A DNA stretch of 62,948 nucleotides, filler included, from Basidiobolus ranarum (Eukaryota), in assembly GCA_040143965.1 (NCBI GenBank). It is 50 parts of 50 records of this genome, joined end to end, with 100 filler letters (N's around TTAATTAATTAA, not from the genome) between each part and the next. Parts side by side here need not be neighbours in the genome. Positions count along the whole stretch, not along the records: positions 1 to 1,167 come from JASJQH010006163.1; positions 1,268 to 2,434 come from JASJQH010006164.1; positions 2,535 to 3,701 come from JASJQH010006165.1; positions 3,802 to 4,967 come from JASJQH010006166.1; positions 5,068 to 6,233 come from JASJQH010006167.1; positions 6,334 to 7,499 come from JASJQH010006168.1; positions 7,600 to 8,765 come from JASJQH010006169.1; positions 8,866 to 10,031 come from JASJQH010006170.1; 42 more parts are not named here. One strand, 5' to 3'. The notes beneath the pieces were generated by a model. That model ran no database searches. It was not told the origin of the DNA and saw only the letters and a program-made list of their open reading frames with translations. Positions 1 to 11,125 of this stretch are shown here, piece after piece. The translations under genes and the position numbers were made by a program. The stretch's first letter is position 1; the number at the start of each line of letters is the position of its first letter.

Positions 1-486
1 GTGGAGCAGGATTCTGTACTTGAGCAATAGAAGTACAAAGTTCTTGATTTTTTTGCTGAAGCTGAGTAAGAGCCCTCATAATATCTTCCATTGTGGGGGC
101 TGGTGTAGACATAATACTTACTATGTTATGAGGGGGGAGTTTTAAAAACCACAAGTTTCTCTAGGAATGATAATCACAATACAATATCCAACTTTCTATT
201 GAAGAAATGAATGGTGCCTTGACAAAAGAATATGCTAGTATCAATGATCTTTGATATTGATCAAGTACTAAAGCTTCTTTGATCAAAAACAACTGTAAAC
301 TCAACCAGTTGTGTCTTGAAAAGGATGCACTTAGAGCAATTATCCAAAGGTGGAATGTACCTTTGCCTTGGCAGGCAAGCTTGGGAAAGATGGGGAATAA
401 GAGGGAAGCTGACCTTGGGGGGTTTCAAGCTTGGAGAACAGGGATGGAGAGAAGCCCGCAGGCAAGTATAAGCAGTCTAATCAAAC
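1..486 (-). mobile_element. Ty3/gypsy family D: PBS, 5' leader and gag N-terminus (MSTPAPTMEDIMRALTQLQQKNQEL..., ATG at 112)
   Basis: Directly follows the LTR end (...ATTGTGACA on the minus strand). The leader is repeated at 14268-14377, 16537-16750 (+), 42948-43195 and 59288-59605. The translation is a coiled-coil gag-like start. Confidence 0.7.
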
Positions 487-685
487 TGTCACAATAAGGA
501 ACTGGACAAGGACTGGGAAAAATAACAAGAGGCTGGAAGGCAAGAGTGTACTTGGGTGTAGACCAAAAGACAAGACAAGACAATACTGGACAAGGAAGAT
601 ACTTTGGCAAGAATCTTTATTGATAACTGGCATTAATCAGACCTCAGTCTGATCAAGGAATACATGGGGCTTATATTGATAAAAG
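487..685 (-). repeat. LTR family D, 3' (R/U5) part
   Basis: Ends TGACA; same sequence at 16457-16536 (+) and 54101-54165 (-); overlaps the 4566-4967 copy in the TATA/hairpin region. Confidence 0.8.
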
Positions 686-1028
686 TGTTGAGGGGATTTG
701 GAAGTGTTTTAGACAAGATTTGGATTTGTGAATTAGAGATGTGAGTTTTATTGAATTGAATATGTCCTATTTATAGTTCACTATGAAATAGGACTATTGG
801 ACGTGCTTAGATGATAATAAACATGCCTGTTAAGCATGGGTGAAAATTTGAGGTGATTTGGAGTGGTTTTGAGAAAATAGTGAAAATTGGTAAAAGTGAT
901 CTAATTGATATTTCTATCAATTAGAGCAATAAACAAACATTTTTGAATGACAGAATTGAGTGCCAAATAATCAGAATATCAATAAACTAACTACTCAATA
1001 ATGAGTTGCTATTTACCTAATTTCAACA
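686..1028 (-). repeat. Copia 3' LTR (family F), TG...CA, preceded by a PPT
   Basis: TGTTGA...TCAACA ends; TTAGTTGAGTGGGAA PPT at 1029-1043 (-); partial copy at 52489-52610. Confidence 0.8.
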
Positions 1029-1043
1029 TTCCCACTCAACTAA

Positions 1044-1167
1044 TTATTTTGCATTTCTCTTAAACATAACTTATATCTTAATAATTCAAATTGTGCTTTA
1101 GCTAAAGGTTTGGTTAAGATATCAGCTATCATTTCTTCAGTAGGGCAATAGACAAGTTCAATTATAT
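1044..1167 (-). pseudogene. Copia RNase H C-terminus (YCPTEEMIADILTKPL)
   Basis: Canonical copia ADxLTK motif upstream of the PPT and LTR. Confidence 0.9.
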
Positions 1168-1267
1168 NNNNNNNNNNNNNNNNNNNNNNNNNNNNNNNNN
1201 NNNNNNNNNNNTTAATTAATTAANNNNNNNNNNNNNNNNNNNNNNNNNNNNNNNNNNNNNNNNNNNN
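1168..1267. other. Artificial contig spacer (first of 49): N44-TTAATTAATTAA-N44, stop codons in all six frames
   Basis: The same 100-bp block recurs every ~1.26 kb; the contigs between spacers shrink from 1167 to 1153 bp. Confidence 0.99.
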
Positions 1268-1328
1268 TTCCAAGTTGTGGCTGCAATTTCTATGGGAAGG
1301 ATGCATGCTTGTCCATATATCAGTCTAT

Positions 1329-1601
1329 GGACTTGTTCTCTGTGATAGTGCCAGATTGTGCTTTATATATCATAATGGATAAAGTATTCTAAAATTTATG
1401 TGGCACAATTTGGCACTATCCATCACCCTCTGGCATGAGTGCCAGATTGTACTGTATATATCATATTGGATAAAGTATTTTAAAATTTATGTGGCACAAT
1501 TTAGCACTATCCATTACCCTCTGGCACGATCAATTTCAATCACATTTACTCTAATATATTGATCTAAGGTCCAATAAATCCTGGCACAATGGAACAAGTC
1601 T
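1329..1601. mobile_element. MITE with 10-bp TIR GGACTTGTTC...GAACAAGTCT, TAT TSD and an internal 91-bp tandem duplication
   Basis: TIRs and flanking TAT/TAT are visible; homologous 181-bp copy at 35776-35956. Confidence 0.9.
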
Positions 1602-1853
1602 TATATGGTGACATTCTGGTTGCTCTTTTGTAGTGATGCAGTCCACCCATAGTGCTATGTGGAGCTTTTGTGGCCAAAGTTGTGATTTGCCTTGATGAGA
1701 CTTCACTATTGAGTTCACTAAGAGTCCATGCCCTCTCTCTATCATTCCATTTGCCTGTAGATGATAAGCTGTTGTAGATGCAATATGTATGCAATTCTTC
1801 AGGCAGAGGACCTGGATGAGCTGCTACCTCATCTCTCCTTGGTCAGCAGTAAA

Positions 1854-2434
1854 CCCTAACAGAAATTTGACAATTGTTATTGTAGGAAAACCATCACAAT
1901 TTTAATCCATTTGGGATTGACCTTTTACTATTCATCATAAAATTGTCAAGTTAGATTTGATTTTAATCCATTTTTTCAGTTTCAGGAGTAAAATTTCAAG
2001 ATTTCACAAAATAGTTGTGCATAATTGGCTACTATCTCAGAGAACTATGGATCAATACATGTGCAAAAACCATAACTCAAATTTTACACAATTACCACTT
2101 GAACACTAGTTTGTCACCTTCAAAATCCCTAGGCTCTTTGATATATTCTCCTGAATATTTTCATAGAGTTCTTCATACCCAAGATTTAGCTCATATTGAA
2201 CACAAGTTTGTATCAATATCTCCATCAAAGCCCACCATTATATTAACATTGCTGAATCAATATTCTTCCAGCTATATGGCAAATACCCCTCAATATTGTG
2301 CCACTCTGTATTATGTTCTTCCCAGATATCTGCACAGTCAACACCAGACTGAATGTCAAGTGGAATGTTCTTCTGAAGCCACTTCCTGCATACTTGCACT
2401 GCATTTTTTCCTTCATACTTTTGAAAATACTCCT
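1854..2434 (+). mobile_element. CACTA/EnSpm-like element terminus (CCCTAACAGAAATTTG) and subterminal region
   Basis: The same sharp boundary occurs with different flanks at 1854, 3022(-), 8006, ~11662(-), 14267(-), 26997(-), 51290 and 57675; it continues into the 3' end of the accessory ORF. Confidence 0.8.
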
Positions 2435-3801
2435 NNNNNNNNNNNNNNNNNNNNNNNNNNNNNNNNNNNNNNNNNNNNTTAATTAATTAANNNNNNNNNN
2501 NNNNNNNNNNNNNNNNNNNNNNNNNNNNNNNNNNCAGTGTTAGTTTTCTGTATTTCCACCAAAATGTATAAATGCTTAATTTCTGGTCAATAAATAATTA
2601 TCTCACAAAGCTATTCACCACTCCACTTTTCTAAAGTTCCTCCAACCAGCCAATATTTTCCCAATATCTATTTCATCCACTAAAATAGTGACTCTATTAA
2701 TTAGTGATTCAATGTCTTCTCCTGGCTTCATCTTTAAGTTATATAACTTCTTGGCAGTGTTAGGATTAGCATTGAAGTGGTAATTGTGTAAAATTTGAGT
2801 TATGTTTTTTGCAAATGTGTTGATCCATAGTTCTCTGAGATTGTAGCCAATCATGCACAACTATTTTGCAAGATCTTGAAATTTCACTCCTGAAACTGAA
2901 AAAAAATGATCAAAGCCAAATCTAACTTGACAATTTTATGATGGTAAGTAAATGGTCAATTTCAAATGGATAAAAATCATGATGGTTTTCCTGCAATAAC
3001 AATCCTCAAATTGCTGTTAGGGTAAGTACCCTATACTTTGGAATATTTTTTTGTGTGATAAGCTGACTATATTGCTAGGAAAGCTGCAAGACAGACTTCT
3101 TGGTGAGATTGATTGAGATACACTGTATTATTGCTTCAGCTATGAGGCAATATATTCAAGCAATGACACATCTACTTGTGGCAGGATATTTGTTGACTGT
3201 AAGCTAGGAATATATATAACTATATATGACTATATAGGTGCTTAGGCAATTCTGATTTCAACACTCTCCCTCAGCTCAATGGCCATATATGCTGAAATCA
3301 GCATTGCCTAAGCATCTATGTAGTCATATATAGCTTTGTATGTAGCTATCTTATAATACACCAAGATGTTACCCATTATTCTCAATTGGAATTTACTAAT
3401 AATATTTTTATCAACTTGGAAGTTCTCAGATATAAGGATTTTTCAAACTTGTGACAGAAGCCCCTGTTGGAGGATCTTGACATAATAGGGGTAGACTTTG
3501 GGTATTAGAAGCAAATTACAATAATATGTTTTAATACTTTATTCTTAAGAGTATATGGTAACTTATATAGTAGAAAAGTAAATCAATTGATTGAGATATT
3601 CAGGAGTTTGTGTAATAAGATATAATAGATAAGTGGGAGAAATAAGAGATACTTGTTATATATATATAGAGATATTCCTATTTAGAATATAGGGGCTATA
3701 GNNNNNNNNNNNNNNNNNNNNNNNNNNNNNNNNNNNNNNNNNNNNTTAATTAATTAANNNNNNNNNNNNNNNNNNNNNNNNNNNNNNNNNNNNNNNNNNN
3801 N

Positions 3802-4565
3802 TATATGACCAGAATGATGTAGGTCAAAATACTACTTTGGCCAAACCAGTAAGTCCCAACAACTTTGAGGACTTGCTGCTAGATGTAGACTTTGGTTATT
3901 CCAGTACCAATGGTAGTATATTGGAAGTTGAAGAAGAAGACCACGGTTTTGTTATGGACTCTTTGTTATTGGCAAACATTAGTCCACTCATGGCATTTAC
4001 TGTAAACAAAGCAGCTTTGATTATTGAGGAGTGGAGAGTTCAATCCAAACTTAGCAACCAGGTGTTGATTGGCTTTCTTACACTTTTACCATGGGGATTG
4101 GCAGCTGTTGCTTGCCACAGACCAGGTACAAGTGAAAAACACTTGTCAATTGTATGACTTATAATACTTGCATAATTAAACTACCTTCATGTCCAAATGG
4201 TTGTTTGGCTTTCAATGGTGATCTGAAAAACCTGAAGTCATGTACTGTTTGCACACAATTGGCAATCACCAAATCAGGTAAATATTGTTCATACTTAGCT
4301 TAGATATTATTGAATCCTTGTCCTGAAGTTTTGATGATATCACCCAAATATAAATCATTGATTGAATATCAAAGTACTCACCGTAAAGCTGATGGTATTA
4401 CCAATATACTTGATGGATATTACTACCAGAATCTGAAAAGTCAAGGTTTCTTTGAGAACACCAATGATCCTGCATTTGCATTGGCTCTGGATGTTTTCTC
4501 ACTAAACAAATATACCATTCGAAGGGCTTCCTAGTCAATAATTTCAATCAACTTTAATCTTCCTC
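3802..4565 (+). pseudogene. CACTA transposase N-terminal/Tnp2 region, decayed
   Basis: CPNGCLAF...CTVC cysteine cluster and DGYYYQNL...ALALDxF motif typical of Transposase_21; stops and frameshifts. Confidence 0.8.
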
Positions 4566-4967
4566 TGTCATGATTCTGATCTTGGCATACTGATCCACTA
4601 CAAATAGAACTCTTCTATTATTAGATTATGTCATCATATCTGCTGTTCCATCCCTTGTTGGCAATCTGGTGTTAGTTCATCCAGATTACCTTATATTGAA
4701 GTCATGTTCTTTGGAACATTCCATGAAACCTAACCAATCATGTCATCCCACACATAGTGTATTTCCGCCAAGACCTTGCATGGAAGGTCACCTGATCATC
4801 CTTAAATCATCCTTACATCATCCCTCTTTGTATTGGTCCTTGTAGTCCCTAACAACCCAACTCTCAAACTTGCCACAGTATATTCCTTATTCAGTATATT
4901 ATGTTTCACCTTGCAATATCTATATAAGCCCCATGTATTCCTTGATCAGACCTCAGTCTGATCAATG
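4566..4967 (+). repeat. LTR family D, 5' (U3/R) part with TATA (4921) and hairpin (4942-4965)
   Basis: Starts TGTCA, the inverse of the TGACA end; the same start occurs at ~17562. Confidence 0.75.
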
Positions 4968-5067
4968 NNNNNNNNNNNNNNNNNNNNNNNNNNNNNNNNN
5001 NNNNNNNNNNNTTAATTAATTAANNNNNNNNNNNNNNNNNNNNNNNNNNNNNNNNNNNNNNNNNNNN

Positions 5068-6233
5068 CTTTGATCCTATCTCAAACAGCTCATTGATATT
5101 GAATTTTCCACTATTAAAGCTGAGTAAGTAGTATTCAAATGTTGTTGCTTAGTAAGTGCATAGTGGCTAATGGGAAGCTCTGGCTCCAGCTCATCCCCTT
5201 TAGCAACATATTCTTAGGTTTGTAGCTCATACCAAGTTTGATGTTAGACTAACTATTTGGTGAATTGATATCAGTGATCATGTTGAAATCTGACCGGGCC
5301 CTTGATGGTTAAATCATGGAGTTTAGTTTTGTATTTGGATAGTTGTAATGTGTATGCCTGATAGGGTAAACTCCATTGATTTGAAACAATCTACAGCAAG
5401 ATAGTGCATTGTGCCTGCAAAAACCTCTGAGTTAACTGATGGCAGGAGTGTCACCAATGTATACAATGATAATAGCTTTAATTAAATTTTCACCTATCCA
5501 AACCCCATTTGATAACCATTTAAATTCCACAATCAAAGGTTCCTATAAGCTATCTATAAGCACTGGTGATTTAGGTCCAGACTTGATAAATAGTATCAAA
5601 ATATTATGACTCTTATACCATCTGGAAGAAGGAAGATATAGGTTAATCAAAGTTATTGGCCTGCAAGCCTTTCCAATGGTATATTTGTTTAGTAAGAAAC
5701 CATCCAGAGCCATTGCAAATGCATGATTGTATGTGTTCTGAAAGAAACCTTGACTTTTCAGATTCTGGTAGTGATATCCATCAAATATATCCATAATACC
5801 ATCAGCTTTATGGTGAGTACTTTGGTGTTGGATCAATGATCTATATTTGGGTGATTTCATCAAAGCTACAAGATGGCAAATCAGCAGTATGTAAGCCAAA
5901 TATGAACAATATTTACCTGGTTTTGTGGTTGCCAATTGTGCGCAAACAGTACATGACTTCAGGTTATTCAGATCACTGGTGAAAGCTAAACAACCATTTG
6001 GACATGAAGGTAGTTTAACTACCAAAGGATCATAAGTCATATGATTGACAAGTGTTTTCCACTTTTACCAGGTCTGTGGCAAGCAACAGTTACCAAACAT
6101 CTGTGGTAAAAGTGTAAGAAAACTAATAAACACCTGGTTGCTAAGATTGGATTGAACTCTCTACTCCACAATAATCAAAGCTGCTTCCTTTACTGTAAGT
6201 GGTATGAGTGGACTAATGCTTGCCAATAACAAA
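5068..6233 (-). pseudogene. CACTA transposase (Tnp2/Transposase_21 family), decayed
   Basis: ORF 5543-6040 CPNGCLAFT...LDGF...LINLYLP...GPKSP, followed by IIVYIGDTPA...CRHNALSCCRLF. Confidence 0.85.
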
Positions 6234-6940
6234 NNNNNNNNNNNNNNNNNNNNNNNNNNNNNNNNNNNNNNNNNNNNTTAATTAATTAANNNNNNNNNNN
6301 NNNNNNNNNNNNNNNNNNNNNNNNNNNNNNNNNACCATCTAAAGCTCCAAAGTACGAACAATTCTATTGATTTCTTCTACAGAGGCCCTAGTAGGTTTAA
6401 AGGTAATGATATTAATGTTAGCATTGCCTCAACCATCTCATGTTTGTATTCAAAAGACAGTTATCTACACGACAAAATAATACACCAATCAGAAAAGGCA
6501 AAAGGGCATTCAATGTATGCTTCAATAAGTAATGAAAATAAAATACTTATTTACTTCCCATCCCGATTTTATACAACAACCTGACCTAGTCTACCGTCAG
6601 TTCTCCCACATAAGCTAAACTGTAAATAGCATTGACACAATCCCATAATTTAAAAAATCAAACAAATCCACCATCAATATATGTACAGATACTCCACTTG
6701 CATTGACAATGAAGACAGTCTTTACGTGAGTTTGTGCCATTCCTGTGAGCACCTTTCAAGAAATATACTTGAGTACACGTAGCACGAGTCATTTTATCAC
6801 CATCAGTAGTAACCATTTTACAGTTAGCTTTTATAATTAGCATTGGATCAATCTATACGCTAATATATTGGTAGATGTTATGGTAAGTGTTGTTTAATCA
6901 CCAAATCAGTGTTCTAAGTTTGATATACCGCCTATCTCAA

Positions 6941-6948
6941 TATAAATA
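6941..6948 (+). promoter_or_regulatory. TATA box of the secreted-protein gene
   Basis: TATAAATA ~40 nt before the ATG; similar spacing before the genes starting at 24563 and 38934. Confidence 0.55.
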
Positions 6949-6981
6949 CTAATGAACATACATACAGAAGTTCATTAACGA

Positions 6982-7499
6982 ATGTATACAAATATGCATA
7001 TCACATTAGGCCTACTCCTCACCTCAGTATTACTTGCTAAAGTTTCTGTGGCAGTTCCCTCTGGTAGATATTCTAATCGTCATAGAAAATCAACGCTATC
7101 AGAAAACTCGGAGGATAATACATCCTCTATTGAGCAGCCTGGAAGTGTTGAAAGTCAGCCAGAGCCAGTTCCGTTACTCAAGCAAGTATTCACTACTGTA
7201 ACTAGAAAGCATGATAACTTGAATGATGCGAATATCAATGGCCAAGGAAATTCTGAAGTAAAGTTTCAGTCCGGACCTAGCTTTGAAGTTGAAGGTAGCG
7301 GTGTGAATTCTGACCAGGGAGAGGTTGTTGACTCCGGGCCATATGATGATAATAATATTACTCCAGGAGTGTATGAAATGCCACAAGGTACTGAAGGCGG
7401 GATGGAAATGGCTCCAACATCACCTGTGGATAGTTTTAGCTCTGAAGATGCTTTACCGTCTCAAGCATCAGGTTCAGGGTTCAACAACGAGAGTAACGA
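6982..7499 (+). CDS. Secreted Ser/Glu/Gly/Pro-rich disordered protein, 3'-truncated by the contig end (start may be 6994)
   Basis: Open frame of >170 codons; hydrophobic signal peptide (HITLGLLLTSVLLAKVSVA); CpG retained; single copy in the window. Confidence 0.8.
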
Positions 7500-7599
7500 N
7501 NNNNNNNNNNNNNNNNNNNNNNNNNNNNNNNNNNNNNNNNNNNTTAATTAATTAANNNNNNNNNNNNNNNNNNNNNNNNNNNNNNNNNNNNNNNNNNNN

Positions 7600-8005
7600 G
7601 ATGAAATCACCCAAATATAGAGCATTGATCCAATACCAAAGTACTCACTGCAAAGCTTATAATATTACCCACATGCTGGATGTATATCACTACCAGAATC
7701 TGAAGAACCAAGACTTCCTTGAGAACACATATGATCATGCATTTGCATTGGCTCTGGACGGTTTCTCACTATACAAGTACACTATTTGAAAGGCTCCCCA
7801 GCTAATAATTTTAATTGACTTAAATCCCCATCTTCTGTATGATATGAGAGTGATAATATTTTGATACTATCCTTCATATCTGGGCCTAAATCAACAGTGT
7901 TCATAGATAGCTTCTTAGAGCCTTAGTTTGTGGAAATTGAATGTTTATATAATGAGGTTCATATAGGTCAATTTTTTCTTAAAGCTAATATCATTGTATG
8001 TTTTT
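7600..8005 (+). pseudogene. CACTA transposase fragment, interrupted by a CCC terminus of the same family at 8006
   Basis: KSPKY...DHAFALALDGF motif. Confidence 0.8.
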
Positions 8006-8865
8006 CCCTAACAGAAATTTGAGGATTGTTCTTGCAGGAATACCTTTACAATTTTAATCCATTATGGATTAACCATTCACTTAATGTCTTAAGATTGTCA
8101 AGTTTGATTTGATTTTAATCAATTTTTTCAGTTTCAGAAGTGAAATTTCAAGATCACACAAAATAGTTGCATGTAATTGGCTACAATCACAGAGAACTAT
8201 GGATCAACACATGTGCAAAAACCATAACTCATATTGTACACATCTACCACTGGCAAACTTATTTGTCACCTTCAAAACTCCTAGTTTCTTTGATATATTC
8301 TTGTGAATATTTTTACAGAGTTCTCAATGCCCAAGTTTTGCTCATATTCAACATGAGTTTGTATCAATATCTCCACCAAAGCCCACCATTGTATGAATGT
8401 TGCTGAATCAACATTATTCCATCTATCTGGCAGTTATCCTGCAATATTGTGCCACTCCATATTAAGTTCTTCCCAGATATCTGCACCATCAACACCAGAC
8501 TAAATGTTAAGTTGGATGTTCTTCTTCTGCAGCCACTTTCTGCATACTGGCACTGAAATTTTCCCTTCATACCTTTGAAAATACTCCTCAAGCACTTGGA
8601 GTATTTTTATATGACCCTGTAGTGTGATGCCATGGTTAGTGGTGTTTGTGTGGCTCTTTGCTTGCCTATAATTTGGGTGCAACTTTCAGCACTTTGAAAA
8701 GTACCAGTTGAGGTTGGAGAGCCATGAGTTTTATTTGCTGGTGTTTTGGCTTGTTAAGAGATGCCNNNNNNNNNNNNNNNNNNNNNNNNNNNNNNNNNNN
8801 NNNNNNNNNTTAATTAATTAANNNNNNNNNNNNNNNNNNNNNNNNNNNNNNNNNNNNNNNNNNNN

Positions 8866-9730
8866 AAATGTTGAGAGGCTCCAGAATCAATATATCACAA
8901 CCTGCAGTCTTGTTCAGAGGTCACTAATAGGGCAGAAATGACTAAAACTTCCTCTTTGGCAAAAACCTGATTTGCTTGTTTTGAATTTGCATTTTTGTTG
9001 TAATTACTTGATTTGCATTCTTTTAGCTGGTGTCCTGGTTTGTTACAACCATAGAATAAACCTGGTTTCCTTCTTCTGCAACCTTTACACTTGCCAAAGC
9101 TACATTTTCCAGCTCAAAAAAGAGCCACTTCCTCAGATTCTTTTTCTAAATTCTTACTTCTGAGGTATTGATCCATTAGTCTTGCCACCATAAACTCCAA
9201 TGACAACTTATCAGATCTTGCTTCCAAAGCTGCGACCAAGTTTGAATACTGTTTTGATAGACTACTTAGAAGAGTTATAATGACATCTTCTTCCTGCAAA
9301 GTGGCACCAATATTTTCAAGGTGTTTTGCCACAGATCTCATATTTACAATTTGAGAAACCATGCTTTCAGACTTTTCCATCTTTATATTGAAGAATTTTT
9401 GCCTGAGAAAGAGTCTATTAGCAAGACTCTTTGCTTCATAACACTCTTCCAATATAGTCCAAGCCTGATGGGAAGTCTTTGCATCTTGAATATTCATAAG
9501 TTGTGAATCCTTCAAGCTTTGACAAATGATATTAAAGGCCTTCTTGTCTCTTTTTTGTAAGCTTCCAATAAAGAAGGGTCAGAAGGCTTCTTTTCAATTG
9601 CAGAGACTACATCCCAAAACTCCCTGTCTTCCAGCACAATTTGCATCTTGAACTTCCAGAAATTGTAATTTTCACCATCAAGCTTTTCAACACTTGAGTC
9701 AACAAAAGTGGCAGTAGTGATTTCTATCAT
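8866..9730 (-). pseudogene. Copia gag (UBN2-like) with zinc knuckle and protease start, LTR-B family
   Basis: EKLDGENYNFWKFKMQ, LANRLFLRQKFF, LLSSLSKQYSNL, decayed CCHC, IDSGAS-like motif. Confidence 0.9.
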
Positions 9731-9750
9731 GCTGTAAAAGTTAGAACACA

Positions 9751-9762
9751 GGGCTCATAACC
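9751..9762 (-). promoter_or_regulatory. PBS GGTTATGAGCCC (anticodon arm of tRNA-iMet)
   Basis: Lies between the LTR-B end and gag; also at 30899-30910, 41011-41022, 46790-46801 and 59984-59995. Confidence 0.85.
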
Positions 9763-10131
9763 TATTGGGAAAATATGGGCTGTTTGGAGGAACTTTAGAA
9801 AAGTGGAGCTGTGAATAGCTCTGTTAGATAATTATTTATTGTCTAGAAATGAAGCATTTATACATTTTGATGAAAAACCAGATAATTAACACTAGGGTTG
9901 TGTTCAGAACATCAGTAGGAGTAAAATGAGCTATCTTTGGGGCAATTTGGACAAGTTTGAATATTCCAATATGGAATTGCTAATTCTCACATTATTCACA
10001 TATATATAATATATGTTCTGATTTGCAGTTANNNNNNNNNNNNNNNNNNNNNNNNNNNNNNNNNNNNNNNNNNNNTTAATTAATTAANNNNNNNNNNNNN
10101 NNNNNNNNNNNNNNNNNNNNNNNNNNNNNNN

Positions 10132-11125
10132 TTCCAATCCAAAGCCTGCTGGCACAAAAGGAAAAAAACCATCAAGAACAGAGGACTTAATTGATGAGCA
10201 GTCAAGCAATCCACTATCCACTTTGGAAGGCATTAACATGCTGGAAACTAACTTAAGTAATGATGAAGCATTAGTCAATTTACCAGATGTGTTCCTTTCC
10301 AGCAATGGAGCAAGTGAAGATATTATAATCCCCTAATTATGTAGTAAATCAATAGTTGAGTAAAGTTCAACTGAAACACCGTCAAGACCATCAACTTCCA
10401 AATGGCTACTTTGCCAACTATTGAACAACCCTCTGTAGAAAATTTGGATAGAATTATTACAAAAAGGGAATCACGGGTAGAACACCATAATGATTTGTAT
10501 GCAATCATAAGTAAAAACTATGAAGTTACTATACAGGCCATGACAAGCAATAATGCTGCAATATTGCCATTAATGCAGTGTTTGGAAGCAACTAGTCAAC
10601 AGTTAGAGAGTCACTCAACAAAGATACTAGACCTTCAGAATGCTGTACTTGAGCTAAAGCAAAATGCTGCTCCCTCCATCCATTCTCATATGGGATTTCA
10701 GTCAATCCCACACCATACATATGAACATCACCATGACAATCTAGCAGAGCAGAATATGTGTTGGACCATTAAGCCTACACAATGACCCAAAATTGCTTGG
10801 GCACATGAAAGTAGAAAATTCATAAAAAAGCCGGCAAACCAAAAAACTCTGAATGTCAGAGCTGCCATCACTTGCTCTGATGATGAGTGGTTTAACATTT
10901 TGGAAACTGTGCAGAATCTTGCCTGAAATCACCTGGATTTGAGTCAATCATGGAAAACCAAAAACCAGGCATTACTCTGAAGGTTCTTGACTTATTTCAT
11001 GTGGCTTGTCCTGGGTTTTTGTAAGCAAATGGCAATTGGGCTAGCATAGGCCTATTCATGAAACATCTCAAAAATGTATGTAATTGTTGACTTGGAAAAG
11101 AAAGAAAAGCAGCTAAAGAAGTACT
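10132..11125 (+). pseudogene. CACTA accessory ORF2, decayed copy
   Basis: Homologous to 34920-35289, 44543-45365, 53010-54055, 60542-61695 and 28170-28985. Confidence 0.75.

Noticed and set aside
1212-1223. Regularly spaced TTAATTAATTAA, superficially like a CRISPR or other repeat array
   Set aside because: It is an artificial six-frame-stop linker embedded in Ns
2015-2434. Recurring ORF MIGYNLRELWINTCAK as a multicopy host gene
   Set aside because: It lies in the CACTA subterminal region, antisense to the ORF2 end, and is frameshifted differently among copies
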